Shown in pieces: positions 1 to 15,499 of a stretch of DNA of 64,000 bases. Source of the DNA: the human T2T-CHM13v2.0 reference genome, Homo sapiens; the NCBI RefSeq assembly GCF_009914755.1, contig NC_060935.1. The stretch is one strand, 5' to 3'. Positions within the stretch are counted from its first letter, which is position 1. Every line of letters begins with the position of its first letter. The notes under the pieces were generated by a model. That model had not been told where the DNA came from, did no database searches, and was given only the letters and a program-made list of their open reading frames with translations. The position numbers and the translations under genes are program-made.

Positions 1-793
<793 letters not shown>

Positions 794-1612
794 TCAAGGG
801 CTCAGAAAGAGTTGGTTTTGCTCCCACCCAGGTGGTTGTGAAGGCAGTGGGCTTTGGTTTGTGGTCACCAGGCAGTCAGTGGCACTCAACAAGTGGGTTA
901 TTCTGGAGGGGGTGAGTTGATTACTCGGCTGGTCAGCCCATCTGCTGGCTAGACGATGGAAAATCCAACTGTCAGTGGGCAGACAGCTCGCTGTCCTGCT
1001 CTGAGCTGGATCATGGGCCCCTTTGGAAAAGAAGGAGGCCAAGTCCATGACCTCAGAGGCCAGGGTCAAACGGAGCATGCCCATACATGCATGCTCATAC
1101 GTGTGCACGAGCACACACACACACACTGACAAGGCGAGAAGCTGTAGGAGAGGTATGCTGTAGGGGCTCCATCTCCCGTCCAAACAGTGGAATACTAATA
1201 CCCATCAGGAGGAGTGGCGTGAGCGAGTAGCCCTGGCTGCCCCTCTCTTTCCTCTTGACAAGCTCTCAGCTCTCCTGTCCTGTTCTGCCTCCTGCTTCCA
1301 TGGGGTTCTGCATGGTGTCTCCTCGCCCCAGAAAGTCCTCCTAGTTTCCCTGGATGGCACTTGCTCTTCTTCCTGCCTGGCCTCTGCCCTTGCAGCCTGG
1401 CTTTGCTCCTCTGAAGCAATGGCTCCATCAGCACTGGCTTGGTGAGGGGATGTGAGTCGGAAGTCTCTTTTGTCGGCCAATCGGTACCACACAATAGGGG
1501 AGGACAGGAGGCCTCTGGCTTGCTTTGGATCTGGCTCTGGGGCAGTGACCCCTGTGTTGGACCAGTGACCCAGCAGCCTGCTGTGTGCAGAAAGCAACGG
1601 AGCCTCACAGGG

Positions 1613-3210
1613 GTGTATGTGTATACACATGTATGTGGGTGTATGTGTATACACATGTATGTGTGTGCATGTGTGTTCATGTGAATGTGTGCATGTATGT
1701 GTGCACGTGTGCATATGAATATGCATGTGTGAGTGTGCCTGTGTGTGCATGTGTGAGCATGTGCGTGTGTGCATGTGTGAGTGTGCCCATGTGCACGTGT
1801 GCATGTGTGAGCGTGGGCATGTGTGTCCATGTGCATGTGTGCATGTGTGAGTGTGCATGTGTGAGTGTGGGTATGTGTGAGTGTGTGCATGTGTGAGTGG
1901 GCATGTATGTGTCCATGTGTATGTGCGCATCTGTGAGTGTGTGAATGTGTGCATGTGTGTGGGTGTGAGTGTGTGCATGTGTGCATGTGTGTGTGTGCAT
2001 CTGCGTATGTGTGCATGTGTGTCAATGTGCATGTGTGCATGTGCGTGTGCATGTGTGCATGTGCATGTGTGCATGTGTGTGTCCATCGGCGTGTGCGAGC
2101 ATGTGCATGTGGGAGCATGTGCACGTGTGTGTGCATGAGTGTGTGTGTGTCCATGTGCATGGTGCGTGTGTGGTGCGTGCATGTGCGAGTTTGTGCATGT
2201 GTGAATGTGGGCATGTGTGAGTGTGGGCATGTATGACTGTGTGCATGTGTGAGGGTGTGCATCTGTGCATGTGTGTGTCTGCATGTGAAAGTGTGGGCAT
2301 ATGTGTGTATGCGTGTATAGATGTGTGAGCATGTGCACGTGTGTGTGCATGTGTGCATGTGTGCATGTGCGTGTGTGCATGTGCGTGTGTGTCCACGTGC
2401 ATGTGTGCATGTGTGTGGGCGTGTGTGCATGTGTGAGCGTGTGCATGCATGGGTGTGTGCATGTGTCAATGTGCATGTGTGCACGTGAGTGCATGTGTCC
2501 ATGTGCATGTGTACATGTGTGAGCATGTGCATGTGTGCATGCATGTGCATGTGTGCGTGTGTGCATATGTGTCCATGTGCATGTGTGCATGTGTGTGTGT
2601 GCATGTGCATGTGTGTGCATGTGTAAATGTGGGCACGTGTGAATGTGTACATGTGTGAATGTGGCCGTGTGTGTGCATGTGTGTGCATGTGTGGGTGTGT
2701 GTATGCATGTGTACATGTGTGAGCATGTGTGCATTGCTTGTGTGTCCGTGTGCATGTGTGCGTGTGTGCATGTGTGCATGTGTGTGCATGTGGTTGTGTG
2801 CATTAGTGAGTGTGTGCATGTGTGTGCGTATGTGAGTGTGACTATGTGTGAGCGTGTGCATGTGTGAACGTGTGCATGTGTGCATGTGTGTGCATGTGTG
2901 AGCGTGTGCATGTGTGTGTCCAAGTGCATGCGCATGTGTGGGCATGTGCATGTGTGTGTGCGCATGTGTGTGCATGTGTGAGTGTGTCCATTTGTGAGTG
3001 GGTGCATGTGTGAGAGTGTGCATGTGTGCATGTGTGTGATCATGTGCATGTGTGTGTGCGTGTGTGTACATGTGTGAGCATGTGCATGTGTGCATGTGTG
3101 TCCATGTGCATGTGTGCATGTATGGGCGTGTGCATGTGTGAGTGTGTGCATATGTGCGTGTGTGTGCACGTGTGAGTGTGTGCATGTGTGAGCACGTGCA
3201 TATGCATGTG
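1613..3210. repeat. ~1.6 kb degenerate (TG)n/(TGCATG)n alternating purine-pyrimidine tract
   Basis: Directly visible GTGTGCATGT-type units; source of the long His/Thr/Cys/Val ORFs. Confidence 0.97.
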
Positions 3211-5489
3211 AAGTTGGGGGCTTCCTTACGGATCTCCAGGGAGAGAGAGTTCTCCGTTTCCCCTGGTTTAATCCTACTCTGATCCCAACATTCTTTTTTT
3301 TGAAACCACGGAACTTCTCTTCAGGCTGTTACAGTTGAAGTGTCTATGGGGAGTTTGTCTTTCCAGAGCTGCAGAGGCTTGTTGCCTCCAGAAGCGTCAC
3401 CCCACAGCCACTGCTCCCTGGAACTGCAGTGTCTCTGCTCCCCTGCTTTGCCTCCCCTTTATCTTATTCCTGGAGCCTTTCCTGGCACCACAAACGCCGT
3501 CTCCTGCCCTTCCCTCCATTAGCTTCTTGCCTCCGTCTGACCCATCCAGCCCCGAGAGACGACTGTTTCTTGGCATCAGACAGAACACCTAGGCTGGCAC
3601 CAAGCAGTTGTTATTGCAAATTAATATTGGGTAATTATTAAGAACACAATTAATAATAACAACTGTAGTTTAACAACAGAGCAAACCATATCTCCCTTAG
3701 AGCTTAAGGAGCTTCCCAACAAACCATTATGAGTTATTCATGTGTCGTTTCAATCTCTTAACTTTGATTTAATGACCAGACTTAAAAGAGTCAGGCCGGC
3801 CCCTGCCTGCGGCAAATGAATTCAGTTCCAGGCACAGCTAGGGAAGTGTGTCCAGCCCCGCAGTTCCTTTCACCCTGCTGAGGCGAGGGGGCCAGGTGGT
3901 GGATGCAGCGTGAGGCCAAGCGGGCAGCTGGCTGGGCTGGGAAGGCAGGGAGCCCTGGCTGCTCACAGCTGTGGGTGCCGGGCTGGGGCTGGAGGGTTTG
4001 GGCCCAGGTGATAGGGCCAAGCATGCGTCTTCCTCAGGGCTTCCTGGAGAAGCTCTCGCCTCTCCTCTCCTTCCAGGGCCCCTCACCAGGAGCATCACGG
4101 AGGGTGGAAGCCCCACCTGCTTGGCCCCAAGTAATCAGCAGAACTGCTGCTGGCTCCGGGAGCCAAGGTTCCCTGCCCTCCCTGTCCTCTCCTCTCATGG
4201 TGAGGGAGCCAGAGACGGAAGAGGACCGGAGCCGCTGTCGGGGCTGGGTCCGCAGGAGCCCAAGCCAGGTCTTTTGGGGAGGTGCCTCAGGACCCGACAG
4301 AGCCCGCAGCTCACATCTCGCCCAGCCGGTCTTTCTTCCCCTCCTGCACTGAAAAACCCTCTGAGAGGTCCCTGCCAAAAGCACAGACACTCAAACCACT
4401 GCATCCACGCAGCTGGCCAAGGATCCAGGCCAAGAGCTAAAGAGTGAGTCTCGCCCCACCCTCTTCGTGCCTCTCCTGATTTTGGTGCAGTTTCTTCCCT
4501 GTCCTTCCTCTTTGTCTCCTCCCCTCTCCCCACCCACCTCCCCCAACTCACTGTTGCTTCCCCACCTCCCCCAGCCCCTCTGAAAGTGGAGTCAGCTTAA
4601 GCCTCTCCCAATCAATGTCTAATTTGGTCTGAACAAATGTAAGAGGATTAATTATTTATATCACAGAATCAGGGGGGCTGGCGTGTCACAGCCGCCAGGT
4701 TGTCCTCAAATAGACCAAGGTTTCATCTCGTGTGGGGGGGCCACATCCCGCTATCTGCTGGGGAACACTGAGAGACTCTCAGAGGAAAGGGCCCCAAAGC
4801 ACTTTGGGCTCCTGGTCCCTAGGAGCATCTGCAGTGACATCCCCATGCCACCCAGGCCTCCTTTCCAGGCACTGGGATGGAGGAGGGCGTTATCTCTAGC
4901 TTCAGAGATGACAGCCTCTTAGTGACAGCAGGGAGGAAGCTATCAAGATGAATGAAAGTAAAGAAACAAAGTTTCCTGTAATCTTGTCAGTTAGGAAAAA
5001 TCAATGTACTTATGTGATGAGATTTGCTTACGGCTTTTCTTCTTGGATCCCAACATTGCTTCTAAACACCTGGCTGCTTGGTGAGACCTTGCTGGAGTGA
5101 AGGGGCTGAGCGAGTGTGGGTGGGTGCAGGCGCCCACCACCTCCCCTCTCCGTGGCCCCTCCGCCTCCTCCCTTCCCAGGCCACTCTGGCTCTCTGGCAT
5201 TAACCTGGGGGCCGGAGGGGCTCCCTGAAAGCCTCTGGAGTCCTGGAGGGAGATGACCCCTCAGTGAGGTGTTTTCAGGGCCCTTCACTAATCAGAAGGC
5301 CATGAGGGAAGGTGACCAGGAAGAACTAGTGAGTCTCTGCAGGGCACCCTGCCCTCCCTGCCCCTCCCAGCTCCTGCTTGGTATAGGAGGGGCCGGCTGT
5401 GATACTGTGAGCTCCAGGGGAGTACGAAAGGGAGGACCCACAGGCCACCTGTAGCATGGGGAAGCCCGCATGTTCTCTGCTTGTTCATT

Positions 5490-5610
5490 AACTTTTCAGC
5501 TTGCAAAAAACAAACTTCGGAATTACAGAAAAGTTGTAAGAATAGTCCCATTAACTGCCACCCTCCCATCGCCCGGATTCACCAGCTGTTAACATTTTCT
5601 CACGCGTGCT
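5490..5610 (-). mobile_element. Probable old L1M 3'-end fragment
   Basis: ACAGAAAAGTTGTAAGAATAGT and CAGCTGTTAACATTTT resemble an antisense L1MC/ME 3' end. Confidence 0.45.
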
Positions 5611-6931
5611 TTGCGGAGACCTCTCCTCTCCTCCCACCTTCTTCTCTTTCCTATTATTGCTGTTCTGCTTTTTTGAGGTTGGTGACCCTGGGAATCAGGC
5701 CCAGCACTTCGTTTCCTGGGTGTTTGCTGTCCGGGTCAGTAGGCAGGTGTGGGTGGGGGAGGCAGGCCTGGGGGTGGAGGGGTCAGGTCCCAGGGCGTGC
5801 AGCCCTGCTGTCTGCCCAGCCTACCCATCACTAGGACCCCAGGTGACCAGAGCCTGGCAGTGAGGAGAAACGAAAGTCGAAAGTTGTGTGTCCTGGTCTC
5901 TGGGGCGCCCAACAGGCATTCTAAGGGTGGCTGTGAGGGTGAATAGGGGTGCTTGCCGGGTGGTCTGTGGGTGTGAAGGGCTGCCCTGGGAAGCTAGCAT
6001 GACAGATATTTTCTGGGCATGTTGTACCTGGTGTTTAGGGACCAGGAGCAGAGACCTGGGAGCAGACAGAGGAGAGAAGCTGAACTTGTATGGAGAAACC
6101 CAGGCCTGGCAGGTGCAGCGTGGAAGCCTAGGGCCAGGGAGTCTCATTGGGCGCCTCTCTTGTATCTTCAGTGGCTTCTGAATAGATGCCAGACCACAGC
6201 CAAACCAGACTTGCCCCCTGGACCTGGCTGGACCCACATGATTCTGGGGAGCCTGGAGTCCCCGGCTCAGAAGGGACCCTGGAGGTCATCTGTTCTTTCT
6301 TCTGACTCTAGTCAAGCAAATGGTTAAACTGGACAGGACAAATGGGTTTCATCCTATTTAAAAATATCCTTGGGGATAGGAACTCTGGGCTCTGCCTGGG
6401 TTTCTGACTCCAGTGCTGCTTAATTACGCACTCTGCAGGGAGCACCTCCTCATGTCCAACCTGAATCCCTGGCTGTCCCTGTGGCCCATTTCCTTCCATT
6501 CTGCCCACGGGGGCCACACTGGCTCTTGTCTTCCCTGTTCTCCATTCCCACAGGCCGGCTTATTTCCTAGGCTGGCACCATTAACATCCTTGGCCTTTGC
6601 AGATGCTGCAGCTTAATGGCCGAGATCAATGGCAGAGGTGACACCTGGGCTCCACCACTAAGCCTGGTCTGGTGGAAAGAGACCAGGCTGAGTCAGGGCC
6701 ATGGCAAGTTCCACGTGGCACCCAAAAGGAGGTGAGTCTGCCCTTGAGTGCCTCCAAGGTCACTTAGTCTCCTAGAGTCTTGTGCAGTGACAGTGCCCAG
6801 GCAGAAAGGCGCCCAGAGGAAGCGTGTGTTTATTGGATCAGTCAGACACATCTAAGGAGCATGTGGTTTATGCCATGTGCTGTGCTGCATGCTGAGAGCC
6901 ATCAGTGACTAAATTGCAGTTCCTGCCTTCA

Positions 6932-7314
<383 letters not shown>

Positions 7315-7823
7315 AAACAGTGGTGCTTTTATCCGTGTTGTGAGCAAGAGACACACAGGGGCCATGAGTAAGTGTGATCCCGGATGCTCACTGGACTGGG
7401 CCGGGGCCCAGACATCCTGATCTACCCAGGTGAACCAGTTTGATGGGCACAAGACTAGAATGGAGGTTCTGATCTTGCTGCTTCTCCTGGTTGTTCTGGT
7501 TTTTTTTTGTTTTCGTTTTTTTTTTTTTTTTTTCCTGAGCCTTTTCCCCATGTTTGGAGTGTGGAATAATCAGGCTATTCAAGCAGAAGCCGTGAGTCCT
7601 GCTTCCTCCAGTGGAAGAGGGCGCGTGCACGCACAGAGGAGAGGAAGGGTCCACACGGCTAGCAGGCAGGCGGGTTTAAGAGGAAGGGAAGAAGGCTACT
7701 GGACACGCGGTGTGGACTAGGCACACACTGCAGCCATGCTGAGGACCCTAAGTGACATCCCACGTGAGAGGCACGGGGGTGGGGGCCAGTGGCCAGGCCG
7801 GGCCCCCTCAGCAGTGACTCTCA

Positions 7824-8096
<273 letters not shown>

Positions 8097-8660
8097 TCAG
8101 ACAGTCCTGGAGGTGGGAACAGGGCCTCCCCGTGGACTTGGGGCCTGGCGTGGACACGAACCCCGAGCCAGGAAGCCTCAGGCTTGGGCCCAGGGGTTTC
8201 CCATCCTCCAACTTTTGGGCGGAACAAAATAATCTAGGAAGGAGAGGTGGGAAGAGGGGTGCAGGGCAGAGAGGGGCGCGTGGACACTCAGTCTCGCTTC
8301 AGTGCAGACTGTCTTTGAAATGTCTGTTTATTATCTCTTTTCCGTAAAGGTTCTGGGGCATTTGTTAACTTGAAAGCGGCATTTACACCCTTTCATCAGC
8401 CTAATCATCTCCACTCAGTCCTGGCTGGTGGCGCACGGCCTCAGCTTCCCAGGCCGGGGCTCGCTTCCTCATTTGACGTGATAAGAAGCCAGGCTCTGAA
8501 GTGCTAAATGGTGGGAAGGGGAGGAGACAGAAAGTCAGGGAGAGAAAGAGGCAGGGAGACAAGAACCAGAGACACACAGAGACACACAGAAGGGACCGGA
8601 GGCCGACAGCGAGACATGTACATAGAGGAGAGACATGGAGACCATAGAGGAAGAGAGATT

Positions 8661-8661
8661 A

Positions 8662-8698
<37 letters not shown>

Positions 8699-9021
8699 GT
8701 GTATGCATGTGTATATGTATGTGTGTGTATGTGTGTATGCATGTGTGTATGCATATGTGTATGTGTGTATGCGTGTGTATGTCTCTGTGTGTATGCATGT
8801 GTATGTGTATATGTGTGTGTGTATGTATGTCTCTGTGTGTATGCGTGTATGTGTGTATGCGTGTGTTTGTATGTGTGTATGCACGTGTGTATGTGTGTCT
8901 ATGCGTGTGTGTATGTGTATGTGTGTGTATACATGTGTATATGTGTGTATGCTTATATGTATGTATGTATGCGTGTGTGTATGTGTGTGTGTATGTGTGT
9001 GTAGAGCGAGAGAGAGAGAGA
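8661..9021. repeat. (TG)n/(TATG)n tract followed by (GA)n
   Basis: Directly visible; flanked by GA-rich sequence on both sides. Confidence 0.95.
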
Positions 9022-11789
9022 CAAAGATGAGGAAGTGACAGGGACAGGGAGAGACATGGGCAGAGAGACAGAAAGACACACACATAGAAATTGAGAAGTG
9101 CAGAAAAAGGGCGAGAAAAAGAGAAATCTAGAGAAGCAGAGGGCAGAGTGATGGAGAGATGGAGAGACTGACCTGTTTGCAGAGACTGTGAATCAGACAA
9201 GAATTTCAGACCAAAAGCAGAAAAGGCCACGGAGACCCGGCACATAGGGCCCGACAATGACAGGGTGTTAGAGAGAAAGACCAAGTCAAACAACGAGGAA
9301 AAGAGATATGAAGGAGGAGCAGACGCTGCAAGATGGAAAGATGGAAACAGCTCGAGGGGGCTGCAGCAGAGAGACAGAGAGGTGGGAAGGGCTTCCATCA
9401 GCCTGGCCCTGCCCAGCTCAGGGGCAGCTGGCTCTGGATCCTCTCCAGAGGCTGGTGTCACCCCTGCTGCTGGGCTCCTGGTGGCCCCCAGGCCTCGGCA
9501 CCCCCGGGGCATCCACACGCCGAGGGATGGGGGATAACGAGCCAGTTCCCATCCTTTTTCCCTGTCATGGCCCAGAGCTCTGGCTGAGTTGAGTGGGCAG
9601 CCCAGGACCTCATCCCCATGGACAGGCTGGGCCCTGGGCTGCATCTTCTGGGTCAGTCCCCACCAACAAGCAGAGCAAATTGCTGGAAAGTCACGAGGAC
9701 TTCTAGGGGTCCAGCCCATTTCCAGAAAAAGAAGTAAAGAAACCAGTTTCTCAGAGGCAATGAGGAAAAATGCTGGTCTCTTTCGGTCCCCATGGGGGCA
9801 CCACAAAGGGAGCAAGGCCCCAGCTGGCCCAGTTGGTCTGGGCTCTGGTTGGGACTACGGTGGGGTCCTGAGACCCTCAGAGAGTCATACAGTCATGCAC
9901 TCAGCCTCTAAGCTGCAGACCGAGCCGGCCTTACTCTGGAGTTCGGATCACATAACTGCTCAGCTGCCCTCTTCCTGCTGGTGCCCAAGAGGACCCTGCC
10001 TCCCTGCCTAGTGCCAGGCACGGGAGCTGGCCTGAGAGATGGCCCCAGGGCTGTGCTGGTGTCTGCAGGCACTGGGGAGAGAACTCTGTTTTCTGAGTAG
10101 CAGGTGGCTGACTGTGCTGGGGAGCCTGTTCTCCCACATTTTCCCTAGTTCCAGACGGGGGACCACAAATCCAGGAAACCTCTGCTCCTGGTGCGGTCAG
10201 CCTGCCTGCCTTTCGTGGGGAATTACAAGGGAAGTGCCCTCACTTGTGATCTCAATCCCAGTTGTAAGGCATAATTCAAGTGGTCACAAAGATGGGGTTA
10301 CAAGGAATAGCCACGAGAACGCTCCTCCCACCCCCAGAACCCCGTGACCTCTCCTCGAAGCTGCACCCTAGCTTCCAGGGCAAGGCTGAATCAGGAGTTC
10401 CAGCCCTCTTTCCATGCAGGGCTGGCTGGCTGATCTGGGCGTCCGTGGGACCCTACCTAGAGAACATGGACACTCAGGGAGGAGCCTGCATCTCGCCGTG
10501 GGTTGGAGAAGTGGAGGTGGGGCAGAGGAGCTTGGGAATCGCCACCGGATCCAAACGCATTGCTGGCCCGTGCCCTCGCATTATAAAGGCCAACGCTGGG
10601 ACGTGAGTACCCACCCCAAGTCTGGTTTGAGGAGGTGAGTGCCAGTCCCATAGGCTCAAGGGACCCGCCACAGAACTTGGGGGGCTGTTCCAGGAGGCCC
10701 TTCCCTCACCTGGGGGTCTTTTCTAAAGTGATGAGGTCTGAGAGGCAGGGAGGTGGGGCACACACCTGTTGTAGGACCTTCCTGCTGCCCGATGCCTCAT
10801 CACGCCCCTGCCATGATCAGCTCACTCGTAAGGCTGCTCTCCTGCACTTTCCCTTCCTCTTAGCATCGTCTTTGGTGATCACCTGCCCCGAAGCGATTCA
10901 CAAGGGTTCCACACTCACTGGCCATATCTGCACCTCCACCCCAAGACCAGAGGTGCCCAAGCTTCTTTCTCCACTTCTGCTGGTGTACAGAATATACATT
11001 TTCAGGAGTCTGCCAAGCTCCAGAGGTATAAATAGTTTATGTCATATCCAACTATTAAACATGATTTTAATCTCACTTGTGATGTCGGCAGCATAACTTG
11101 CAGGAGGGCAGCTTTGATGTAGCTGGTGGAACTGAGATCACATTGAACAGATGTTACAGCTGAGAGTCTGTTAGTGTTTCCATCCGCCCGTGTGTGCGTG
11201 TGTCCATGTGTGTGTGTTTTCAGGGGAAGTATTACATGGAGGAGAGGGTGGGAAAAGAGAGAATCTTCATGACTCAGTGATTTTGTAGCACATTCATTTG
11301 AAACTTGGCAGCTGGACACAGAGTCCAGATGTGGTGAGGCTTTGGGGGTGTTAAGCTTTCTCTCCCATTACTCAATCTGAGGGCTTTGTCTTCCGTTGGG
11401 TAACATATGAAGACCAAGAGAAACAAACAACAAATGTGCTTTTGCTGAGTTTGGATGCTTCTTGGTTGACTGAGAAAATGAGCAGGTTCACAAAGGCAGC
11501 TCTGATGCAGCCCATGGTGTCCTTAGTAAACAGTTGGATGCTGACTGAATGAACAAATGAATAAATGGAGGAGGAGCGGGAGCAGGAGGAGGGGGAAGGG
11601 GGGAGGGAGCGGGTGGAGAACGTGTGCTTTGCTTGGCAAGCACATACAAGCACCTTCAGGCTAGGGGCGGTGAGCGCGGGGACAAATGGATGAAGATCCC
11701 TTGCCTGTTAGGGCTGTGGGGACACCTGATGAGGGGCACCACTCACCTATGGCTCTGCGTCCTGACAGCAGCTGGTAGGTGTGGGGCAC

Positions 11790-11950
11790 TCACAACGTGT
11801 CAGACACTGCGCTAGGGGGCTTGACAGGAAGGATTTCATTTAATCCTCACTGCAACCTTAGGAGGTAAGCATGATTACTTCCATGTACAGAGGAGGAAAT
11901 CGGGGCACAAGGAGGTTAACTAACCGGGTCAGTGCCACTCAGTAAGTGGC
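11790..11950 (-). mobile_element. MIR fragment
   Basis: TCATTTAATCCTCAC...ACAGAGGAGGAAATCGGGGCAC...GAGGTTAAC, the MIR core. Confidence 0.7.
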
Positions 11951-13729
11951 AGAGAGTTCAAAGCAGGAAGAATGCTGTGGCCTTCACCACTACCCAGTAC
12001 TGCCTTGGACGAGGCTGGTCTGGGAAACTGGGCTGCTGGGCCCCAAGTGTCACTCTGACCTCATTCTGACGCCTCCTAAGGTGGCTGAGATGTCCTTGGA
12101 AAGGAAGCCAGAAAGGGCCCAGAGGCCTGGCAAGACCCAGTGTCCTCTGGATGCAGACTGTCACCTGCACCCTGTTGAACGATCTTCTGTGGGCATGAGT
12201 GCAGAAGGCCGGGTGGGCTGTGGTTAGGAGGGCGAGTTTCCCGTTGCCTGGAGAGGTTCTCCTGGGGTAATGCCTGGAGCAGGAAACTGCTTCTTCCCAC
12301 CTCTCCCTGCCAGGACCTACGCTGCTGTCGCAGGGGGCCAGCTAGATTGTCACTTTTGTCCAGGAGTCTGTAACATTTTGTACAGGCCTCCTGATCAGGT
12401 TGGGGACAGGCTGGGGAAGAAGCGAGGGTGGTGGTGGTGGCAGTGAATCGAATGGCAGCCTGGAAGTAGGAAGCTTGGATGCTCTGTGTCTCCCGCCCTC
12501 TCCCCTTCCTGATTTGGATTGCATCTGGACAGAGAGCTCTGATCCGTGGCCAGTCCTCGGGCAAGAAGGGGCCTTGGATGTCATTTGGCCAAATCAGACA
12601 AGGAACCAGAGTCCCCTAGGGTGATGTGACAGGCGTAGGCCCAGCCCACCCATGGGTTGTGGAGCCGTCGTGGATGCTGGACTGCATGGCTTTGCGGCAT
12701 CTCACCTTTTCCAGTGGGGCTTACTGCTCCATGTGGCTGCTCACCACACAGGAGGAGGCGGTGCTCAGACCCAGGACCCAGGCCAGGGCCAGGGCCAGTG
12801 AGGGGGAAGAGCCGAGGGTCGGAGATTAAGGAGGCCTGGCCTCACTTTCAGGGCCAGCCCTGCTTGCACTGTGTGCCCCGGGACCTCCTTCAGTCACCCT
12901 AGCTCTAGGCTTGGCCAGAGCTCCGCGGCCCTGGCTGCTTGTGAATGAGGATGCCAGAAGGCTCCTTGGTACAGGGGTATGTCGGGGGTTGTAGGGGGGA
13001 CAGAGATGTTTGTTAATAGCTGGTGGCAAGACAGTGAAGATAAAGTCCCCCCCGCCCCAAGAACTCAGCCTTTGTGTGTGGGTATCTTGAGCCTACCTGA
13101 GGTTTTCAACCATTTCTTCTGCCCTCTGGAATCTAAATGGTGTCTGTCAGGATTCTAGACACTGGCTGGGAACTTCTGCTCTCAGCTGCCAAGATGAGCT
13201 CTCAGAACCTTAAGACCTGGACCCCATCTCTGGACTCCAGGTCCCTGGAGAGACACTCGGAGCCCAGAATCCACAAGGCTTAGAGAAATCAGGGCTGTTA
13301 GGAAGTGTTTTTAAATGCACTTGCTTTAAAATGAGTAAAAGGCTAAGGAGGACACGAATGCCAGCCTGCAGCTCCAGCCTTGAAATTCAGAGCCCAGGAC
13401 AGAAGCAGCCACCTGCTTGCAGTAGCGTTATGTTTGGCGGCAGGGAGGGGATCTCAGAGGAGAGAAGTCCACTTTTGAGTCCTGACTCTTTAAACTGAAC
13501 TAATCCAGTCTTGAGAGGAAGGCCCCTGGAACACCTTGCTGAGCTCTTCTTGGTTCTGGGGCTGACAGGCACCTTAGGGAGACTTTTAGGAGACTTTCAG
13601 GGGTCTCTGTTAGGTGGTTGTGGGATGCGATGCTGGTGGAGCCCTGAAGCATCATAACTGTCAACATGAATCCTAACACGGGCCACCGAGGGCTGGCTGG
13701 GCAGGAGTGTGGAGAGGATGTTACCAGGG

Positions 13730-14282
<553 letters not shown>

Positions 14283-14439
14283 TCAAATACCAGCATCTCC
14301 ACTCAGACTTCCCCTCCAACAGAGGGGCCACCGGCTAGGCCAGCAGAGGCAGCAGCTGACCGTATTTATTGGTGTGAAAGTCCCACCTTGTACAGGTGTT
14401 GAAATGTGGCCTGAAGATGTCCTTTGCGAAAGACCCTCA

Positions 14440-14904
<465 letters not shown>

Positions 14905-15499
14905 TTAGGAGACCTGGGCTGCCCATGTCTACGCAGAGCTCGGGGGTTACCCCCTGGCTCCCTGGCCTGGCTAAGTGCTGGGCTGTGGAAGGAAAAAGGA
15001 ACTAGACAGTTTTCCACCATGTGAAAATTAGCCTGGATTCACATGCTAAAAGCACAAAAGAAAGCAGGATGGGTTTCATGGAAACCAGGCTTCAGGGAGG
15101 TCCCATGTTGAAATGAACTCACATCTTTTTGCCTCTGGTGCTTGAGTGACAGTCTCAGGCTCTGTAGGAAGCAACGAGATGGTTTGCAACCAGCAGGGAC
15201 TGTGGCCCCTGAGCGGGGACAGTCTGCAGAGGAGGCACAGTTTGGGGAATGGGAGTCAGAGTGGGTGGGGATATGGGCAGAATCAGTGCACATCAACCTT
15301 TCGATTATTTGCCTATATAAATCCTTTCAACTTTCCAAAGCGTTTCACTCCCTGATCTCATTAGAGTCTCAATCAAACCATAGGTGGGACAGATACCATT
15401 ATCTCCCATTGGATAGGGGAGGAAATAGGTGGGCTAGACAGAGGCTATGGAGCTTGACCAAACTCACATTTCAAGTTGGTCCTGAAATAAGTACTAGTC

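Noticed and set aside
1195-3185. Long ORFs of 497, 654 and 239 aa rich in His/Thr/Met/Ala/Cys
   Set aside because: They arise from the CA/TG repeat, which rarely contains stop codons; no domain or splice context.
8504-9815. ORFs of 193 and 426 aa
   Set aside because: Driven by TG/TATG and GA low-complexity sequence.
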